The notes: generated by a model from the sequence alone, not told the origin. Numbered from the stretch's first letter, positions 21,013-38,861 are shown. The stretch is 64,000 bases of DNA from Treponemataceae bacterium (GCA_963667725.2 CAXXHO010000003.1:2048001-2112000); one strand, 5' to 3'. Translations and numbers: made by a program.

Positions 21013-21029
21013 TTATTTCGCCTCTTTCC

Positions 21030-21404
21030 TTACGCCTTGGGCTTTTTGGCACCGTATTTGGAACGAGCCTTCTTGCGGTCTTCGACGCCGAGCGTATCTT
21101 TGGCACCGCGGATGATGTGGTAGCGCACACCAGGAAGGTCCTTCACGCGGCCTCCCCTGACGAGCACGACGGAGTGTTCCTGAAGGTTGTGGCCTACACC
21201 CGGGATATAAGCGGTAACTTCGATACCGTTCGTTAAGCGCACGCGCGCGACTTTTCGCAAAGCCGAGTTAGGCTTCTTGGGCGTAACGGTCATGACGCGG
21301 GTGCAGACGCCGCGACGCTGTGGGCACTCATTCAGTGCCGGGGCTTTGGTCCGCCATGTGTTTGTCTTTCTGCCATTGCGGATAAGCTGGTTGATCGTCG
21401 GCAT
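21030..21404 (-). CDS. rpsL: 30S ribosomal protein S12
   Basis: [28 protein letters not shown]. Confidence 0.99.
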   Translation of the reverse strand: MPTINQLIRNGRKTNTWRTKAPALNECPQRRGVCTRVMTVTPKKPNSALRKVARVRLTNGIEVTAYIPGVGHNLQEHSVVLVRGGRVKDLPGVRYHIIRGAKDTLGVEDRKKARSKYGAKKPKA

Positions 21405-21517
21405 ATATGCTCTAGACTCCCTTATGTGGTCGCTTGCGCGTCAGCATCGCGCGGACCAGTTTCATTAATCGCGGGTTCGGAAAGCCGGAAAGTGCGGTGG
21501 CGCTTCCCAGGCGATCC

Positions 21518-21547
21518 AAGATACCCCTATAGATCAATCATTGTCAA
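21518..21547 (-). promoter_or_regulatory. Sigma70-type promoter for rpsL-rpsG
   Basis: TTGACA-N18-TATCTT. Confidence 0.65.
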
Positions 21548-21612
21548 TACCGGCACCCGATCGATTTCCGGATGCCGGATCCTAAAACCCATACGTCCCG
21601 AGGGGGACAAAT

Positions 21613-25956
<4,344 letters not shown>

Positions 25957-25971
25957 GCTTCCCCCTAAAGG

Positions 25972-29469
<3,498 letters not shown>

Positions 29470-29786
29470 CCGTTACCCCTCCTGAAGCACGCTGTCGAAG
29501 CGCGCGGGTCATTCGGTCTGCGCCGGAACGTCGCCGCGCTGACTGAACGCGCGGCACCTCGCAATGAAGCGCAGCAATACATAAGAAACTTGCGGTCATC
29601 CCGAGGCACTCGCCAAGTGTCTCCGGAAAACCGCGCTTCCTTTCCCGACGCGGCGCAGCGCGCCGCATCCGAAAAGGAAGCGCATGGTAGAAACTGTGGA
29701 CCGTCCCGAAGGCGCCTGAAAGGCGCGCACCGGGAGGCAAGCCAACAGGCCCGCCTCCCGACACGGCTTCGGAGGATCGCGATGCC

Positions 29787-30173
29787 TTATTTGACTTCGA
29801 CTGCTCCGCCGGCTTCGACGATCGCCGCCTTGACCTTTTCGGCTTCTTCCTTGGAGACGTTCTCCTTGAGAGCCTTGTCTCCGGCTTCGACGAGGTCTTT
29901 CGCCTCTTTGAGGCCGAGACCGGTGATGGCGCGAACGGCCTTGATGATGGAAATTTTCTTGTCCGCGGGAACGTTGCCCTTGAGGACGACCGTGAACTCG
30001 GTCTTTTCCTCGACGGGGGCCGCGGCCGCGGCTGCGGGGCCGGCTGCTGCGGCTACGGGGGCCGCGGCGGTGACGCCGAACTTCTCTTCCATGGCCTTGA
30101 CGAGATCGGCGATCTCGAGAACCGTCATGGAGGCTACTGCGTCGATAATCTGCTCTTTGGTAAGCGCTGCCAT
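29787..30173 (-). CDS. rplL: 50S ribosomal protein L7/L12
   Basis: [22 protein letters not shown]; start at 30173 after SD AGGAG. Confidence 0.97.
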   Translation of the reverse strand: MAALTKEQIIDAVASMTVLEIADLVKAMEEKFGVTAAAPVAAAAGPAAAAAAPVEEKTEFTVVLKGNVPADKKISIIKAVRAITGLGLKEAKDLVEAGDKALKENVSKEEAEKVKAAIVEAGGAVEVK

Positions 30174-30285
30174 ATTATCTTCTCCTGGTAAAAACGCTGG
30201 ATCACCCATACGGGCAATCATAATCAAGACCGACAGGAACGGCAGCAATCCGAAGCCTGACGGTCAACAAACCTAATTAAGCACT

Positions 30286-30324
30286 GCTATGCAGAATTCA
30301 CGCTTTGTGTGAATTCTGCATAGC
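30286..30324. repeat. Perfect 16-bp inverted repeat in rplJ-rplL spacer
   Basis: GCTATGCAGAATTCAC-gctttgt-GTGAATTCTGCATAGC. Confidence 0.85.
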
Positions 30325-30340
30325 GAAGCACAACCTTGGG

Positions 30341-30886
30341 TTATGCTTCGCTAGCTTTCTTCTCTTCGATGGCCTTGAGTACGCGCACCAGCTTGGTGGG
30401 AATCGCGTTGAGGACATAGACGAGATTCTGGGCGGGACCGTTCATCGCCGACATCAACATCGCGATGAGCTGGCCGCGGCCGGGGAGTTTCGAGAAAGCC
30501 TCGACCTGGGCGAGGTCCATGAAGCTCTTGTCCACCACGGCGCCCTTGATCTTGAGATTGGGGACTTCCTTGGCGAAACCAAGGAGAACCTTGGCGACCT
30601 CGTTGGAATCGGACTTCACGAAGGTGACGGCCGTGGGTCCGGAGAGTACCGGATCCACATCGTTGGTATATCCCAGTTCCTCGAAGGCGATTCGCGCGAA
30701 ATTGTTTTTGACGACGTGCAGCTCGGCTCCCTTCTCGCGCAGCTGGTGGCGAAGATTGGTGATCTGCTCGACCGTGAGTCCGCGGTATTCGGCGAATACG
30801 AAGTCGCTGGAACCATTGATCATGCTTTTCAGCGCGTCGATGGCTTCGGCTTTGGAGGACTGTATTTTGTTAGCTCTCATCGCCAT
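30341..30886 (-). CDS. rplJ: 50S ribosomal protein L10
   Basis: EYRGLTVEQITNLR, VVKNN, LSGPTA. Confidence 0.96.
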   Translation of the reverse strand: MAMRANKIQSSKAEAIDALKSMINGSSDFVFAEYRGLTVEQITNLRHQLREKGAELHVVKNNFARIAFEELGYTNDVDPVLSGPTAVTFVKSDSNEVAKVLLGFAKEVPNLKIKGAVVDKSFMDLAQVEAFSKLPGRGQLIAMLMSAMNGPAQNLVYVLNAIPTKLVRVLKAIEEKKASEA

Positions 30887-30890
30887 AGGG

Positions 30891-31577
30891 TTACCTCTTC
30901 TCGTTCTTGGCAATTACGACGCGTACGCTCGGCCCCATGGTGGAAGCCAAATATACGGAGCCCATGAAGTCGCCTTTCGCGTCGGCGGGGCGTTTCCTGT
31001 TGATCTCGTCGATGAGGACGGCAACGTTCTCAGCGATCTGGGCGGCTTCCATGGAAACCTTTCCGATGGCGAGATGGACGATGTTGGTCTTGTCGGACCT
31101 GAATTCGGTGCGTCCCTTCCTGAGTTCGGCGAGAGCGGCCTTGAGATCGTTGGTGACGGTGCCGGTCTTCGGGTTGGGCATGAGGCCCTTGCGGCCCAGG
31201 ACCATACCGAGCTTACCGACGTCCTTCATCATATCGGGGGTAGCAACGGCGACATCGAAGTCGAGCCAGCCGCCCTTGATCTTCTCGATGAGTTCGGCTT
31301 CGCCCGCATAGGCGGCTCCGTACTCCAGGGCTTCCTTGACGCGTTCAGGCTTGCAGAACACAAGGACTTTCTTCTCGCCGCGGAACTGGTTCGGAAGAAC
31401 CACCGTGTCGCGGACCGACTGACTCTTCTTGAGGTTGAGCCTGACGTGGACCTCCACGGTCTCGTCGAATTTGGCGAATTTCGCTTCCTTCACGAGAGCG
31501 CAGGCCGAGGCCAGATCGTATTCCTGGGCGGGATCCACTTTCTTAGCGGCTTCGAGATATTTTTTTCCGTGCTTCAT
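30891..31577 (-). CDS. rplA: 50S ribosomal protein L1
   Basis: [24 protein letters not shown]. Confidence 0.98.
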   Translation of the reverse strand: MKHGKKYLEAAKKVDPAQEYDLASACALVKEAKFAKFDETVEVHVRLNLKKSQSVRDTVVLPNQFRGEKKVLVFCKPERVKEALEYGAAYAGEAELIEKIKGGWLDFDVAVATPDMMKDVGKLGMVLGRKGLMPNPKTGTVTNDLKAALAELRKGRTEFRSDKTNIVHLAIGKVSMEAAQIAENVAVLIDEINRKRPADAKGDFMGSVYLASTMGPSVRVVIAKNEKR

Positions 31578-32011
31578 TTCTTCAGCTCCGTCTCTACGCC
31601 CATGGAACGGGCGGTTCCAGCGATGATGCGCATGGCGGCATGAATGTCGTTGGCGTTAAGGTCAGGCATTTTCTGCTTCGCGATCCCCTCGAGCTTGTCG
31701 AGCGTAAGCTTGGCGACCTTGTCTTTCTGAGGAATCGCTGAACCTTTTTCGATGCCGCAGGCTTTCTTGATGAGCACGCTTGCCGGAGGAGTCTTCAGGA
31801 TGAAAGTGAAGGACTTGTCCTGGTAGACAGTGATGATCGCCGGAATCACGAGGCCGGGCTCCATGCTCTTGGTGCGCTCGTTGAACTGCTGGCAGAACAT
31901 GGGCGCCGAAACGCCATGAGGGCCGAGAGCAGGACCAACGGGCGGCGCCGGAGTCGCCTTGCCGGCGGGGCACTGCAACTTTACGATCGCAGTAATCTTC
32001 TTTTTGGCCAT
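31574..32011 (-). CDS. rplK: 50S ribosomal protein L11
   Basis: [23 protein letters not shown]. Confidence 0.98.
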   Translation of the reverse strand: MAKKKITAIVKLQCPAGKATPAPPVGPALGPHGVSAPMFCQQFNERTKSMEPGLVIPAIITVYQDKSFTFILKTPPASVLIKKACGIEKGSAIPQKDKVAKLTLDKLEGIAKQKMPDLNANDIHAAMRIIAGTARSMGVETELKK

Positions 32012-32053
32012 AGCCGTTCTCCTTTTGTGGTGTACCCGGCCGCATAAGCGCCC

Positions 32054-32085
32054 GGGGTAGCGTTCCGCCTACGTGCGGAACTCCC
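32054..32085 (-). promoter_or_regulatory. Probable L1-binding autoregulatory RNA in rplK leader
   Basis: Minus strand GGGAG-TTCCGC-loop-GCGGAA-CGCTACCCC resembles the GGGAG/stem/CG..ACCC L1 operator pattern. Confidence 0.55.
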
Positions 32086-32243
32086 ATCTTGTGGAGTTTA
32101 AAACCCCTATCTGAGAAGTCTCGCCAAAGTCCTAAAGGACTTTGGCGGGACCGCTTTTCAAAAGAACGAAGGATCGGATGCCGCGCGAGCGACAACCATC
32201 CCCCTGAAACGCCTTTACGCCCGCAAAGAGGGCGTTCGGGTCA

Positions 32244-32801
32244 TCAGGTCTTCTCTACCTGGGTCATATCGACTTCCACGGGCGTGGATCTGCCGAATAT
32301 GCCCACCATCACCTTGAGACGATTCTTCTCGACATTCACCTCTTCGATGGTGCCGGAGAAGGACTCGAAAGGTCCTTCTATTATCTTCACCTGCTCTCCC
32401 TGAGAGTAGGTCTGTTTCATTCTTATCTGACGATCGCCCTTGAGCTCGCCGGAACGCTGAAGAATTCGCCTGACTTCCTCGTTGGGAATAGGCTGCGGCT
32501 TGTTGCTCACGTTGGAGCCGACAAAACCGGTCACGCCGGTGATCTTCCGTATTCCGGAACAGGTGGCTTTCCAGCCGTTGTCGGGGAGATCCATTTCCAC
32601 AAGGATATAGCCGGGGAGAATCTTTCTCGTCACCGTCTTTTTCTTGCCGTCCTTGACATCGGTCACCTCTTCGGTCGGAACCTTTATGTCGGACACGATT
32701 TCATGGGATAGATCACCCGCGTCGATCATCATGCGGATAGTTTTCTCTATCTTGTTTTCATACCCAGAGTAGACATGAAGAATATACCAGGATTTTGCCA
32801 T
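32244..32801 (-). CDS. nusG: Transcription termination/antitermination factor NusG
   Basis: WYILHVYSGYE, PGYILVEM, GPFESFSG, IFGRSTPVE. Confidence 0.98.
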   Translation of the reverse strand: MAKSWYILHVYSGYENKIEKTIRMMIDAGDLSHEIVSDIKVPTEEVTDVKDGKKKTVTRKILPGYILVEMDLPDNGWKATCSGIRKITGVTGFVGSNVSNKPQPIPNEEVRRILQRSGELKGDRQIRMKQTYSQGEQVKIIEGPFESFSGTIEEVNVEKNRLKVMVGIFGRSTPVEVDMTQVEKT

Positions 32802-32813
32802 CCTCACTCCGCC

Positions 32814-32996
32814 TTAACGGAAGACAATTTCAATGCCCAGTACGAGGAGAAAGTCGATCAAACCAAGCAGAAGGGCCATCGCTACCGTCGAGATCACGAC
32901 TACTTTGGTAGAGGAGATGACATCTTCCCTGCTCGGCCAAACGACTTTGGCCAGCTCTGCGTAACTATCTTTGAAGAACTGAACGATCTTCTTCAT
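32814..32996 (-). CDS. secE: Preprotein translocase subunit SecE
   Basis: ELAKVVWPS plus one TM helix; upstream of nusG. Confidence 0.96.
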   Translation of the reverse strand: MKKIVQFFKDSYAELAKVVWPSREDVISSTKVVVISTVAMALLLGLIDFLLVLGIEIVFR

Positions 32997-33030
32997 GACG
33001 GCTCCTTGATACGATAAAAAACGCTGGCAA

Positions 33031-33103
33031 CAGGCCAGGAAGGACTCGAACCCTCAACATCCGGTTTTGGAGACCGGCGCTCTACCATTAGAGCTACTGG
33101 CCT
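33031..33103 (-). tRNA. tRNA-Trp (CCA)
   Basis: AGGCCAG acceptor stem, anticodon loop CT-CCA-AA, T-arm GGTTCGAGTCC; canonical position before secE. Confidence 0.95.
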
Positions 33104-33174
33104 AGGGTGAATCACGAAGCCAGAGGCTTCGCGATACCATTATCCCAAAAAGACAAAACCCCTGAGGGCCAGCC

Positions 33175-33348
33175 TTATTTGACCTTGGTCTCTTTGTGGA
33201 GCGTGTGCTTCTTGTCCCACTTGCAGTACTTCATCAGCTCGAGCTTTTCCTGCATGGTCTTGCGGTTTTTCGTCGTGGTATAGTTTCGGCGCTTGCACTC
33301 AGTGCACTGCAGGGCGATTATCTCTACCGTCTGTTTCTTTGCAGCCAT
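33175..33348 (-). CDS. rpmG: 50S ribosomal protein L33
   Basis: Manual translation [57 protein letters not shown]. Confidence 0.96.
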   Translation of the reverse strand: MAAKKQTVEIIALQCTECKRRNYTTTKNRKTMQEKLELMKYCKWDKKHTLHKETKVK

Positions 33349-33410
33349 CGTATTATCCTTTCGTGGCGCGACTTAAAATGCCCCGCGCCTGAATGCTAAA
33401 AATATGTAAA

Positions 33411-33483
33411 AGCCCCCGAACGGAATCGAACCGTTGACCTTATCCTTACCATGGATATGCTCTGCCGTCTGAGCTACAGGGGC
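33411..33483 (-). tRNA. tRNA-Thr (GGT)
   Basis: GCCCCTG acceptor stem, anticodon loop AT-GGT-AA, T-arm GGTTCGATTCC. Confidence 0.93.
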
Positions 33484-33501
33484 GAGGGTTAGAGCATCGG
33501 G

Positions 33502-33530
33502 AATTTATCATTTATAGAGGGTGATGTCAA
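33502..33530 (-). promoter_or_regulatory. Sigma70-type promoter heading tRNA-Thr-rpmG cluster
   Basis: TTGACA-N17-TAAATT with TG extended -10. Confidence 0.75.
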
Positions 33531-33563
33531 TAGCGTGGAATCGATATTCCACGAAGCTTGGCA

Positions 33564-35180
33564 TCAGGACTGCTTCCGGGAACGGCGGTTTCCGATGGCC
33601 GAAGCCAGGGAATAAGCCACCGAATCCTTGGTGACGACGAGGATTGCGACGCCTATAGCGCCGAAAAGCAGGGCGAGAATGACGAAGGGCAGGCCGGCCG
33701 CCACAATGCCGGATTTCGACGAGGCGAAGGCGTTGACGAGGGGTGCCTTGAGGAAAAGCACGGGAATGGAGGCGACGAGGGAATAGGCCAGAAGCTTAAG
33801 GGCGTAGACGGCGCAGCGCCCTAGGGCCTCGCTCAAGCCCTGTGTTTTGCCCTTCAGCAGGACGGCGACGAGGATGGCTGTGTTCACGGCGCTGGAAAGC
33901 GAAAGCGCGAAAGCTATGCCCGGTCCCTTGAATGGAAAAGCGAGAAGGGCCACGAGGGCGATGTTGACGGCGAAGCTGGCTATTCCCGCCAGGGCAGGCG
34001 TCTTGGAATCGGACCTCGCGTAGAAAGCGGGGGCTATGACCCTGTTGGCGGCGATGAAGGCGAGCCCCGTCTGATGCCAGAAAAAGGCCGAGGCGGTGAG
34101 CCGCACCGATTCGTCGGTAAAGCCGCCGCGCTTAAAAAGCAGGGTGACGATCTGCTCGCCCGTGATCATGGAAAAGACGGCGACGGGGATGGTGGCAATC
34201 AGCAGGGTCTGGAGCGTCTTTCCGATGCGCGAGGAATAGAGCGCCCAGTCGCCCCGCTTCACGGCGTCGGTCAGGCCGGGGAGAAGGACGGTGCCGGCCG
34301 ATACGGCGAAGACGCCGAGGATAAGCTCCTGGAGCCGTATCGAATACTGGAGGCTGGAGGCTATGCCCGTCCCCGCCCGCGAGGCGAAGGCCGTGCTTAC
34401 GAGATCGTTCAACTGATAGGCGGCCATGCCGATGATGGTCGGGCCTATGAGGGCGAACACCTTCCGCATGCCCGGATCCCTGAAGGCCGCGCGCGGCGAG
34501 ATGAAGCCGAAGCGGATTCCGGTTTTCAGCACCGCGGGAAGTTGCCACAGGGCCTGGGCCATGCCGCCGGTCACGACGCCGATGGCCATGGCGCGCGCCG
34601 GGTTGGGCATCCAGCGGGAAATAGCCCAGGGAACGACGATGAAACAGACATTGAAGAGAATGGGGGCGAAACCGGAAGGGGCGAATACGCCGAAGGAATT
34701 GAGAATGCCCTGGAAGAGCGCCGCGATGGAGACGAGGGCGAGGAAGGGAAACATGATCCTCGTCAGCACGATGGTCTCAGCCGGATCGGAGCCGAAGGCC
34801 TTCACTATCCAGGGCGTCGCGGCTATGCCCAGGGCCACGACGCCTCCTACGAGGATGAGGAGGACGGTGAGGCTCGAGGAAAGGAACTGTTTCGTCGCCT
34901 TTTCGTCTTTTTCGTGCAGATAGCCTTTGAATGTCGGAATGAAGGCCACCGAGATCGAATTTTCGGCGAAGAGGCGGCGCATGAAGTTGGGGATCATGAA
35001 GGAAACGGAGAAGGCGTCGGAAAGGACGCCCGTGCCGAGGAAGACAGCCTTGGTCATCTCCCGCACCAGGCCCAGGATTCTGGAAACCATGGTGAGGACT
35101 GAGAGCATGCCGGCGTCCCTCACCATCTGCTTTTCCTCGCCTGAGTCGCTCGCCTTCTGATTATCGTTAATTTCGGACAT
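33564..35180 (-). CDS. murJ: Lipid II flippase MurJ (MviN)
   Basis: SRILGLVRE, IPNFMRRLFAE, AFIPTF, FYARSDSKTP; multiple TM helices. Confidence 0.93.
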   Translation of the reverse strand: MSEINDNQKASDSGEEKQMVRDAGMLSVLTMVSRILGLVREMTKAVFLGTGVLSDAFSVSFMIPNFMRRLFAENSISVAFIPTFKGYLHEKDEKATKQFLSSSLTVLLILVGGVVALGIAATPWIVKAFGSDPAETIVLTRIMFPFLALVSIAALFQGILNSFGVFAPSGFAPILFNVCFIVVPWAISRWMPNPARAMAIGVVTGGMAQALWQLPAVLKTGIRFGFISPRAAFRDPGMRKVFALIGPTIIGMAAYQLNDLVSTAFASRAGTGIASSLQYSIRLQELILGVFAVSAGTVLLPGLTDAVKRGDWALYSSRIGKTLQTLLIATIPVAVFSMITGEQIVTLLFKRGGFTDESVRLTASAFFWHQTGLAFIAANRVIAPAFYARSDSKTPALAGIASFAVNIALVALLAFPFKGPGIAFALSLSSAVNTAILVAVLLKGKTQGLSEALGRCAVYALKLLAYSLVASIPVLFLKAPLVNAFASSKSGIVAAGLPFVILALLFGAIGVAILVVTKDSVAYSLASAIGNRRSRKQS

Positions 35181-35279
35181 CGTGTTCCTTCGGAAAAAGC
35201 GCCGGGTCGGCCGGATCGGCAGGATCTGCGGGACCGGCCAATCCGGCAGATCCCGCCAGACAGGCCGATCCTTTAGCCA

Positions 35280-36317
35280 TCAAGACCTGCGGCTTTCGGC
35301 GCAGAAAGAGGCCAGAAGCGAAATCACCTTATCAATATGTTCCTTTTTTATCCAGTAGTGGGCGACAAAACGGGCCAGTCCGCCCTCAGGAGGGCTGATC
35401 CTGACGCCCTCCCCCTCCATGTAGGAAGCCAAAGCCTTCCCGTCCACCCCGGAAGGCAGTCTGAAGAAGACCATGTTGATGTCGAGGGCGTCCTTCTCGA
35501 CGCTGAAGCCGGGCAGGCCGGCCAGTTTCGCGGCCATATAGCGCGCGTTTTCGTGGTCTTCCCCGAGGCGCGTCGTCATTTCGCGCAGCGCGATTATGCC
35601 GGCCGCGGCGAGAATGCCGGCCTGCCTCATGCCGCCGCCCATTATCTTTCTTTTGCGGCGCGCCCTGTCTATAAAGGTTTTCGGACCGGCGAGCATTGAC
35701 CCGACGGGAGCGCATAGCCCCTTGGACAGGCAGAACATCACCGAATCGACATGGGCGGCGATGGCGGCGGCGGGCGCGCCCAGCGAGGCGGCCGCGTTGA
35801 AAAGCCTCGCGCCGTCCAGATGGACGGGCAGGCCCTTCGCCAGGGCGAGGGCGGAAATCTCCTTCATATATGAAAGGGGGATGACCCTTCCTGAGGAATG
35901 GGCGTTCTCAAGGCAGATAAGCGAGGTGGGTGGATAGTGTATGTCGTCGCCGCGGATGCGCGCTTCGATGGCTTCTGGCGGAAGGATTCCCTTGGGAGCG
36001 TCGAGGGGACGGGTCTGGACGCCGGCGATGATGGAGGCTGCCCCCGCCTCGTGCTGGATAATATGGCACTGTTCTCCCAGAATCACTTCGCTGCCCCTGG
36101 GGCACCAGGTAAAGAGGGCCAGCTGGTTGCCGAAGGTCCCTGTCGGGACAAAAAGGGCGGCTTCCTTGCCGACGAGCTTGGCCGCGAGCGTTTCGAGCTC
36201 GTTCACGGTAGGATCGTCGCCGTAGACATCGTCGCCCACGGGCGCTTCGGCCATGGCCGCCCTCATGGCCTGGGTCGGCCAGGTAACCGTATCGCTCCTG
36301 AGGTCTATGTATTGCAT
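35280..36317 (-). CDS. ltaE: Low-specificity L-threonine aldolase
   Basis: IDLRSDTVT, GDDVYG, HLDGARLFNA, CLSKGLCAPVGS, GGGMRQAG. Confidence 0.93.
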   Translation of the reverse strand: MQYIDLRSDTVTWPTQAMRAAMAEAPVGDDVYGDDPTVNELETLAAKLVGKEAALFVPTGTFGNQLALFTWCPRGSEVILGEQCHIIQHEAGAASIIAGVQTRPLDAPKGILPPEAIEARIRGDDIHYPPTSLICLENAHSSGRVIPLSYMKEISALALAKGLPVHLDGARLFNAAASLGAPAAAIAAHVDSVMFCLSKGLCAPVGSMLAGPKTFIDRARRKRKIMGGGMRQAGILAAAGIIALREMTTRLGEDHENARYMAAKLAGLPGFSVEKDALDINMVFFRLPSGVDGKALASYMEGEGVRISPPEGGLARFVAHYWIKKEHIDKVISLLASFCAESRRS

Positions 36318-36389
36318 GCTGTACATCCTTTCCCACAGAATAGCAGGCTTCCCATAGTGTTATCAAGCTTGCGCGATTATGATATAGCA

Positions 36390-37226
36390 ATGCCAATGAA
36401 TATTAAGCTTATCGCTCTCGATCTCGACGACACCCTCCTGAAGTCCGACTTGAGCATTTCGGAAGCCAACAGGCTCGCCATACTGGAGGCCGAGAAAAAT
36501 GGCATAGAACTCGTTCTCGCCTCTGGACGCAATTATTTCGCCATGAAGAAATACATAGAGTTCCTCGGGCTGGACAGGCCGGGCAACTTCCTCATCTGCT
36601 CGAACGGCGCGGAGATTCTCGAAGCCGAATCGGGAAAAACAAAGGACATGCTCCGTCTCCCGGAGGCCTTCTGCCACGAGGCGGCGAAGAACATCGAAGC
36701 CCATGGTTTCCACTGGCAAGTGTATATGGACGGAAAAATCTACTGCGACGAGCTGAACCCCTGGGCCTTTCTCGACGAACGTCTCTCGGGCCAGCCGGCC
36801 ACGCTGGCGCCTCCCAAGGATCAATTGTTTCGCGGCGGCCAGCTCAAGTTCGTCATCCCAGGTGAAACCGAGCGCATCGCCGAACTCTACGCGGAATTCG
36901 CGGACTATTATAAGGGAAAAGCCGAAGTCATGACCTCCAAGCCATACTTCCTGGAAATCCTGCCCCTGGGCGCCGACAAGGGCTCGGCGCTGAGGCGCCT
37001 GGCGTCCATGCTCGGCATCCCCATGGAATCGGTGATGGCTATAGGCGACGCTATGAACGATTTAAGCATGATAAAGGCCGCCGGCTGGGGCTGCGCCCCC
37101 GCCAACGCCATGGAAGAGATCAAGGCGATCGCCCGCGTCGTGTCGAAAAAAACGAACGAGGAAGACGCCGTCGCCGATCTTATTTCTTCGATCGCGCTCG
37201 AGAAAGGCCATCCAGAAACAGCATGA
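36390..37226 (+). CDS. Cof-type HAD-IIB hydrolase
   Basis: DLDDTLL, ASGR, KG, IGDAMNDLSM; true start ATG 36390 (or 36396). Confidence 0.92.
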   Translation: MPMNIKLIALDLDDTLLKSDLSISEANRLAILEAEKNGIELVLASGRNYFAMKKYIEFLGLDRPGNFLICSNGAEILEAESGKTKDMLRLPEAFCHEAAKNIEAHGFHWQVYMDGKIYCDELNPWAFLDERLSGQPATLAPPKDQLFRGGQLKFVIPGETERIAELYAEFADYYKGKAEVMTSKPYFLEILPLGADKGSALRRLASMLGIPMESVMAIGDAMNDLSMIKAAGWGCAPANAMEEIKAIARVVSKKTNEEDAVADLISSIALEKGHPETA

Positions 37227-37974
37227 GGTAATGCTGGACGCTTCCGAAATACTCATCCTGAAGGGCTACTGCGGTTTTTCCGATAAAGCGGTAATGCCAG
37301 CTTTCCCAGACATAGCCGGTCACCGCCTCCATGCCTTCGGGATAGGAAAGCGAAAAGCCGAATCGCCCCGCGTTGGCCTTCATCCATCTTCCCGCCTCGG
37401 TCTTCGCGAAGTCGTCGGTGATGGAACCGAAATCTGCGGCCGTGCCGAGCTGGTGCTGGCTCGCGCCGGGCACGGCGGAGACCCTGGCCGCTTCCTTTTC
37501 GCCCATCTCCGCGACATTGCGGGCGAATAGATCCTTCTGGTAGGCGTAGCTTCTATAGGCCGAAGAAACGACAAGCGCGATGCCATTGGCCCTGGCCGCC
37601 TCATCCATGGCTTTGAGGGCATTAACTGTCGGCTTCCTGAGCCGGTGGCCTGGCCGGGACAGCGAGAGGCCGGTATTGTCCAGGACGACGAGGTCGCCGG
37701 GTTCGTAGCCGCTCGCGAGCCCCTTCTCCTTGTCAGCTCGCGTCAGAAGAAAAGGATCGGCGGCCATTTCCACCTGGATCGCGTCGATCAGGTCGAAAAA
37801 GCGTTCGGGCGCGGCTTCGATCCGTTTGCTGACGGCGGCGGCAGCCGTCGGCTCCATGCCGGAAGCGGTTACGATGGCTTTCATTTCCTTTATCTTGACG
37901 CTTTGGGCCGACTCGCAGCCGGCGACGGAGAGAAAAGCGAGGGTACAGGCAAGAACGAAAAGGATGGATTTCAT
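37180..37974 (-). CDS. M15B/VanY-type D-Ala-D-Ala carboxypeptidase, probable lipoprotein
   Basis: Lipobox-like VAGC; SAYRS, SQHQLGTAAD, ESWH. Confidence 0.88.
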   Translation of the reverse strand: MKSILFVLACTLAFLSVAGCESAQSVKIKEMKAIVTASGMEPTAAAAVSKRIEAAPERFFDLIDAIQVEMAADPFLLTRADKEKGLASGYEPGDLVVLDNTGLSLSRPGHRLRKPTVNALKAMDEAARANGIALVVSSAYRSYAYQKDLFARNVAEMGEKEAARVSAVPGASQHQLGTAADFGSITDDFAKTEAGRWMKANAGRFGFSLSYPEGMEAVTGYVWESWHYRFIGKTAVALQDEYFGSVQHYLMLFLDGLSRARSKK

Positions 37975-38075
37975 TGGAAGCAGTATAGCAGAGGCTTCCC
38001 TTCATGAGGAATGGCCTTGGCGGCCGGGACGCTGAGCTGTTAGGATGAGGGAACGATAAGGCATGAGGAGCGGCG

Positions 38076-38834
38076 ATGACAACTGGGCAGTATGGTGAGT
38101 TCGACAGGATACGCGGCGAATTCAGGGAATACGTGGCGAGGCTCTCGAACGAAGCCCCATGGCTGGGCGCCCTGCAGGAGAAACTCCGCCTTTCGATGGG
38201 CTACGACGATTACAGCATTGAGACACCCGTAGTCTACAACGAAGCGCTCGACGATATCGGTCCGCGCGACCAGCCGCGATTCATCGTCGTGGCCGACAAT
38301 CCTGGAAAGAACGAGCAGAAAGCCTCTAACAGACAATATCTCGTGGGGCAATCGGGCAAGCTCGCCCAGGGATGGTTCCTCAAGGAACTGGGCATGGATT
38401 TCAGGGCTTCCTCCCTCATCATCAACAAGACGCCCATCCATACGCCCAAAACCGCCGAGATCGGCCGCATGCGCAAGATCGCCAAGGACGAATCCGCGCG
38501 GCGGGCCGTCGAGCTGGACCGCCTCCTCGACGAGAGTCAACGCAGGATGGCCCGCTTCGCCTTCGAGATCCACAGCTGCCTGGGAGGAGTCCTCTGGGTT
38601 TCCGGATATGGCGAACTGAAGCCGAAGGGACTTTTTTCGGCCTGGGCCGAGGAAATCACGAGCCTGTACGCCGGCGCCAGCCCGGCCTTGCGCGACAGTG
38701 TCTGGGTGTTCAGGCATTTTTCCATGAATCAATGCGCAATCGAATACAAGCAGTTCGAAGGAAGGGCCAAGGAACCCATGGCAAAGCTCGCGGCCATCGG
38801 CACGGCAAACAGGAAGCGGATTCTGGGCTGGTGA
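38076..38834 (+). CDS. Hypothetical protein, uracil-DNA glycosylase superfamily-like
   Basis: SD GAGGAG; VVADNPG..EQ, YLVGQSG, IINKT, RHFS echo UDG motifs. Confidence 0.6.
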   Translation: MTTGQYGEFDRIRGEFREYVARLSNEAPWLGALQEKLRLSMGYDDYSIETPVVYNEALDDIGPRDQPRFIVVADNPGKNEQKASNRQYLVGQSGKLAQGWFLKELGMDFRASSLIINKTPIHTPKTAEIGRMRKIAKDESARRAVELDRLLDESQRRMARFAFEIHSCLGGVLWVSGYGELKPKGLFSAWAEEITSLYAGASPALRDSVWVFRHFSMNQCAIEYKQFEGRAKEPMAKLAAIGTANRKRILGW

Positions 38835-38861
38835 GCGGCCGGGGTCGCGCCCCCCGCAGCC

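Noticed and set aside
33025..33030. CCA shortly downstream of tRNA-Trp as a possible integration-site remnant
   Set aside because: No duplicated tRNA 3' end and no integrase; three bases are easily chance
35213..35271. Nested inverted repeats between ltaE and murJ
   Set aside because: Imperfect GC-rich stems with no U tract or recognisable riboswitch motif; not enough support to assign function
35898..36389. Long N-terminal extension of the HAD ORF
   Set aside because: Antisense to ltaE; HAD motif I begins just after ATG 36390
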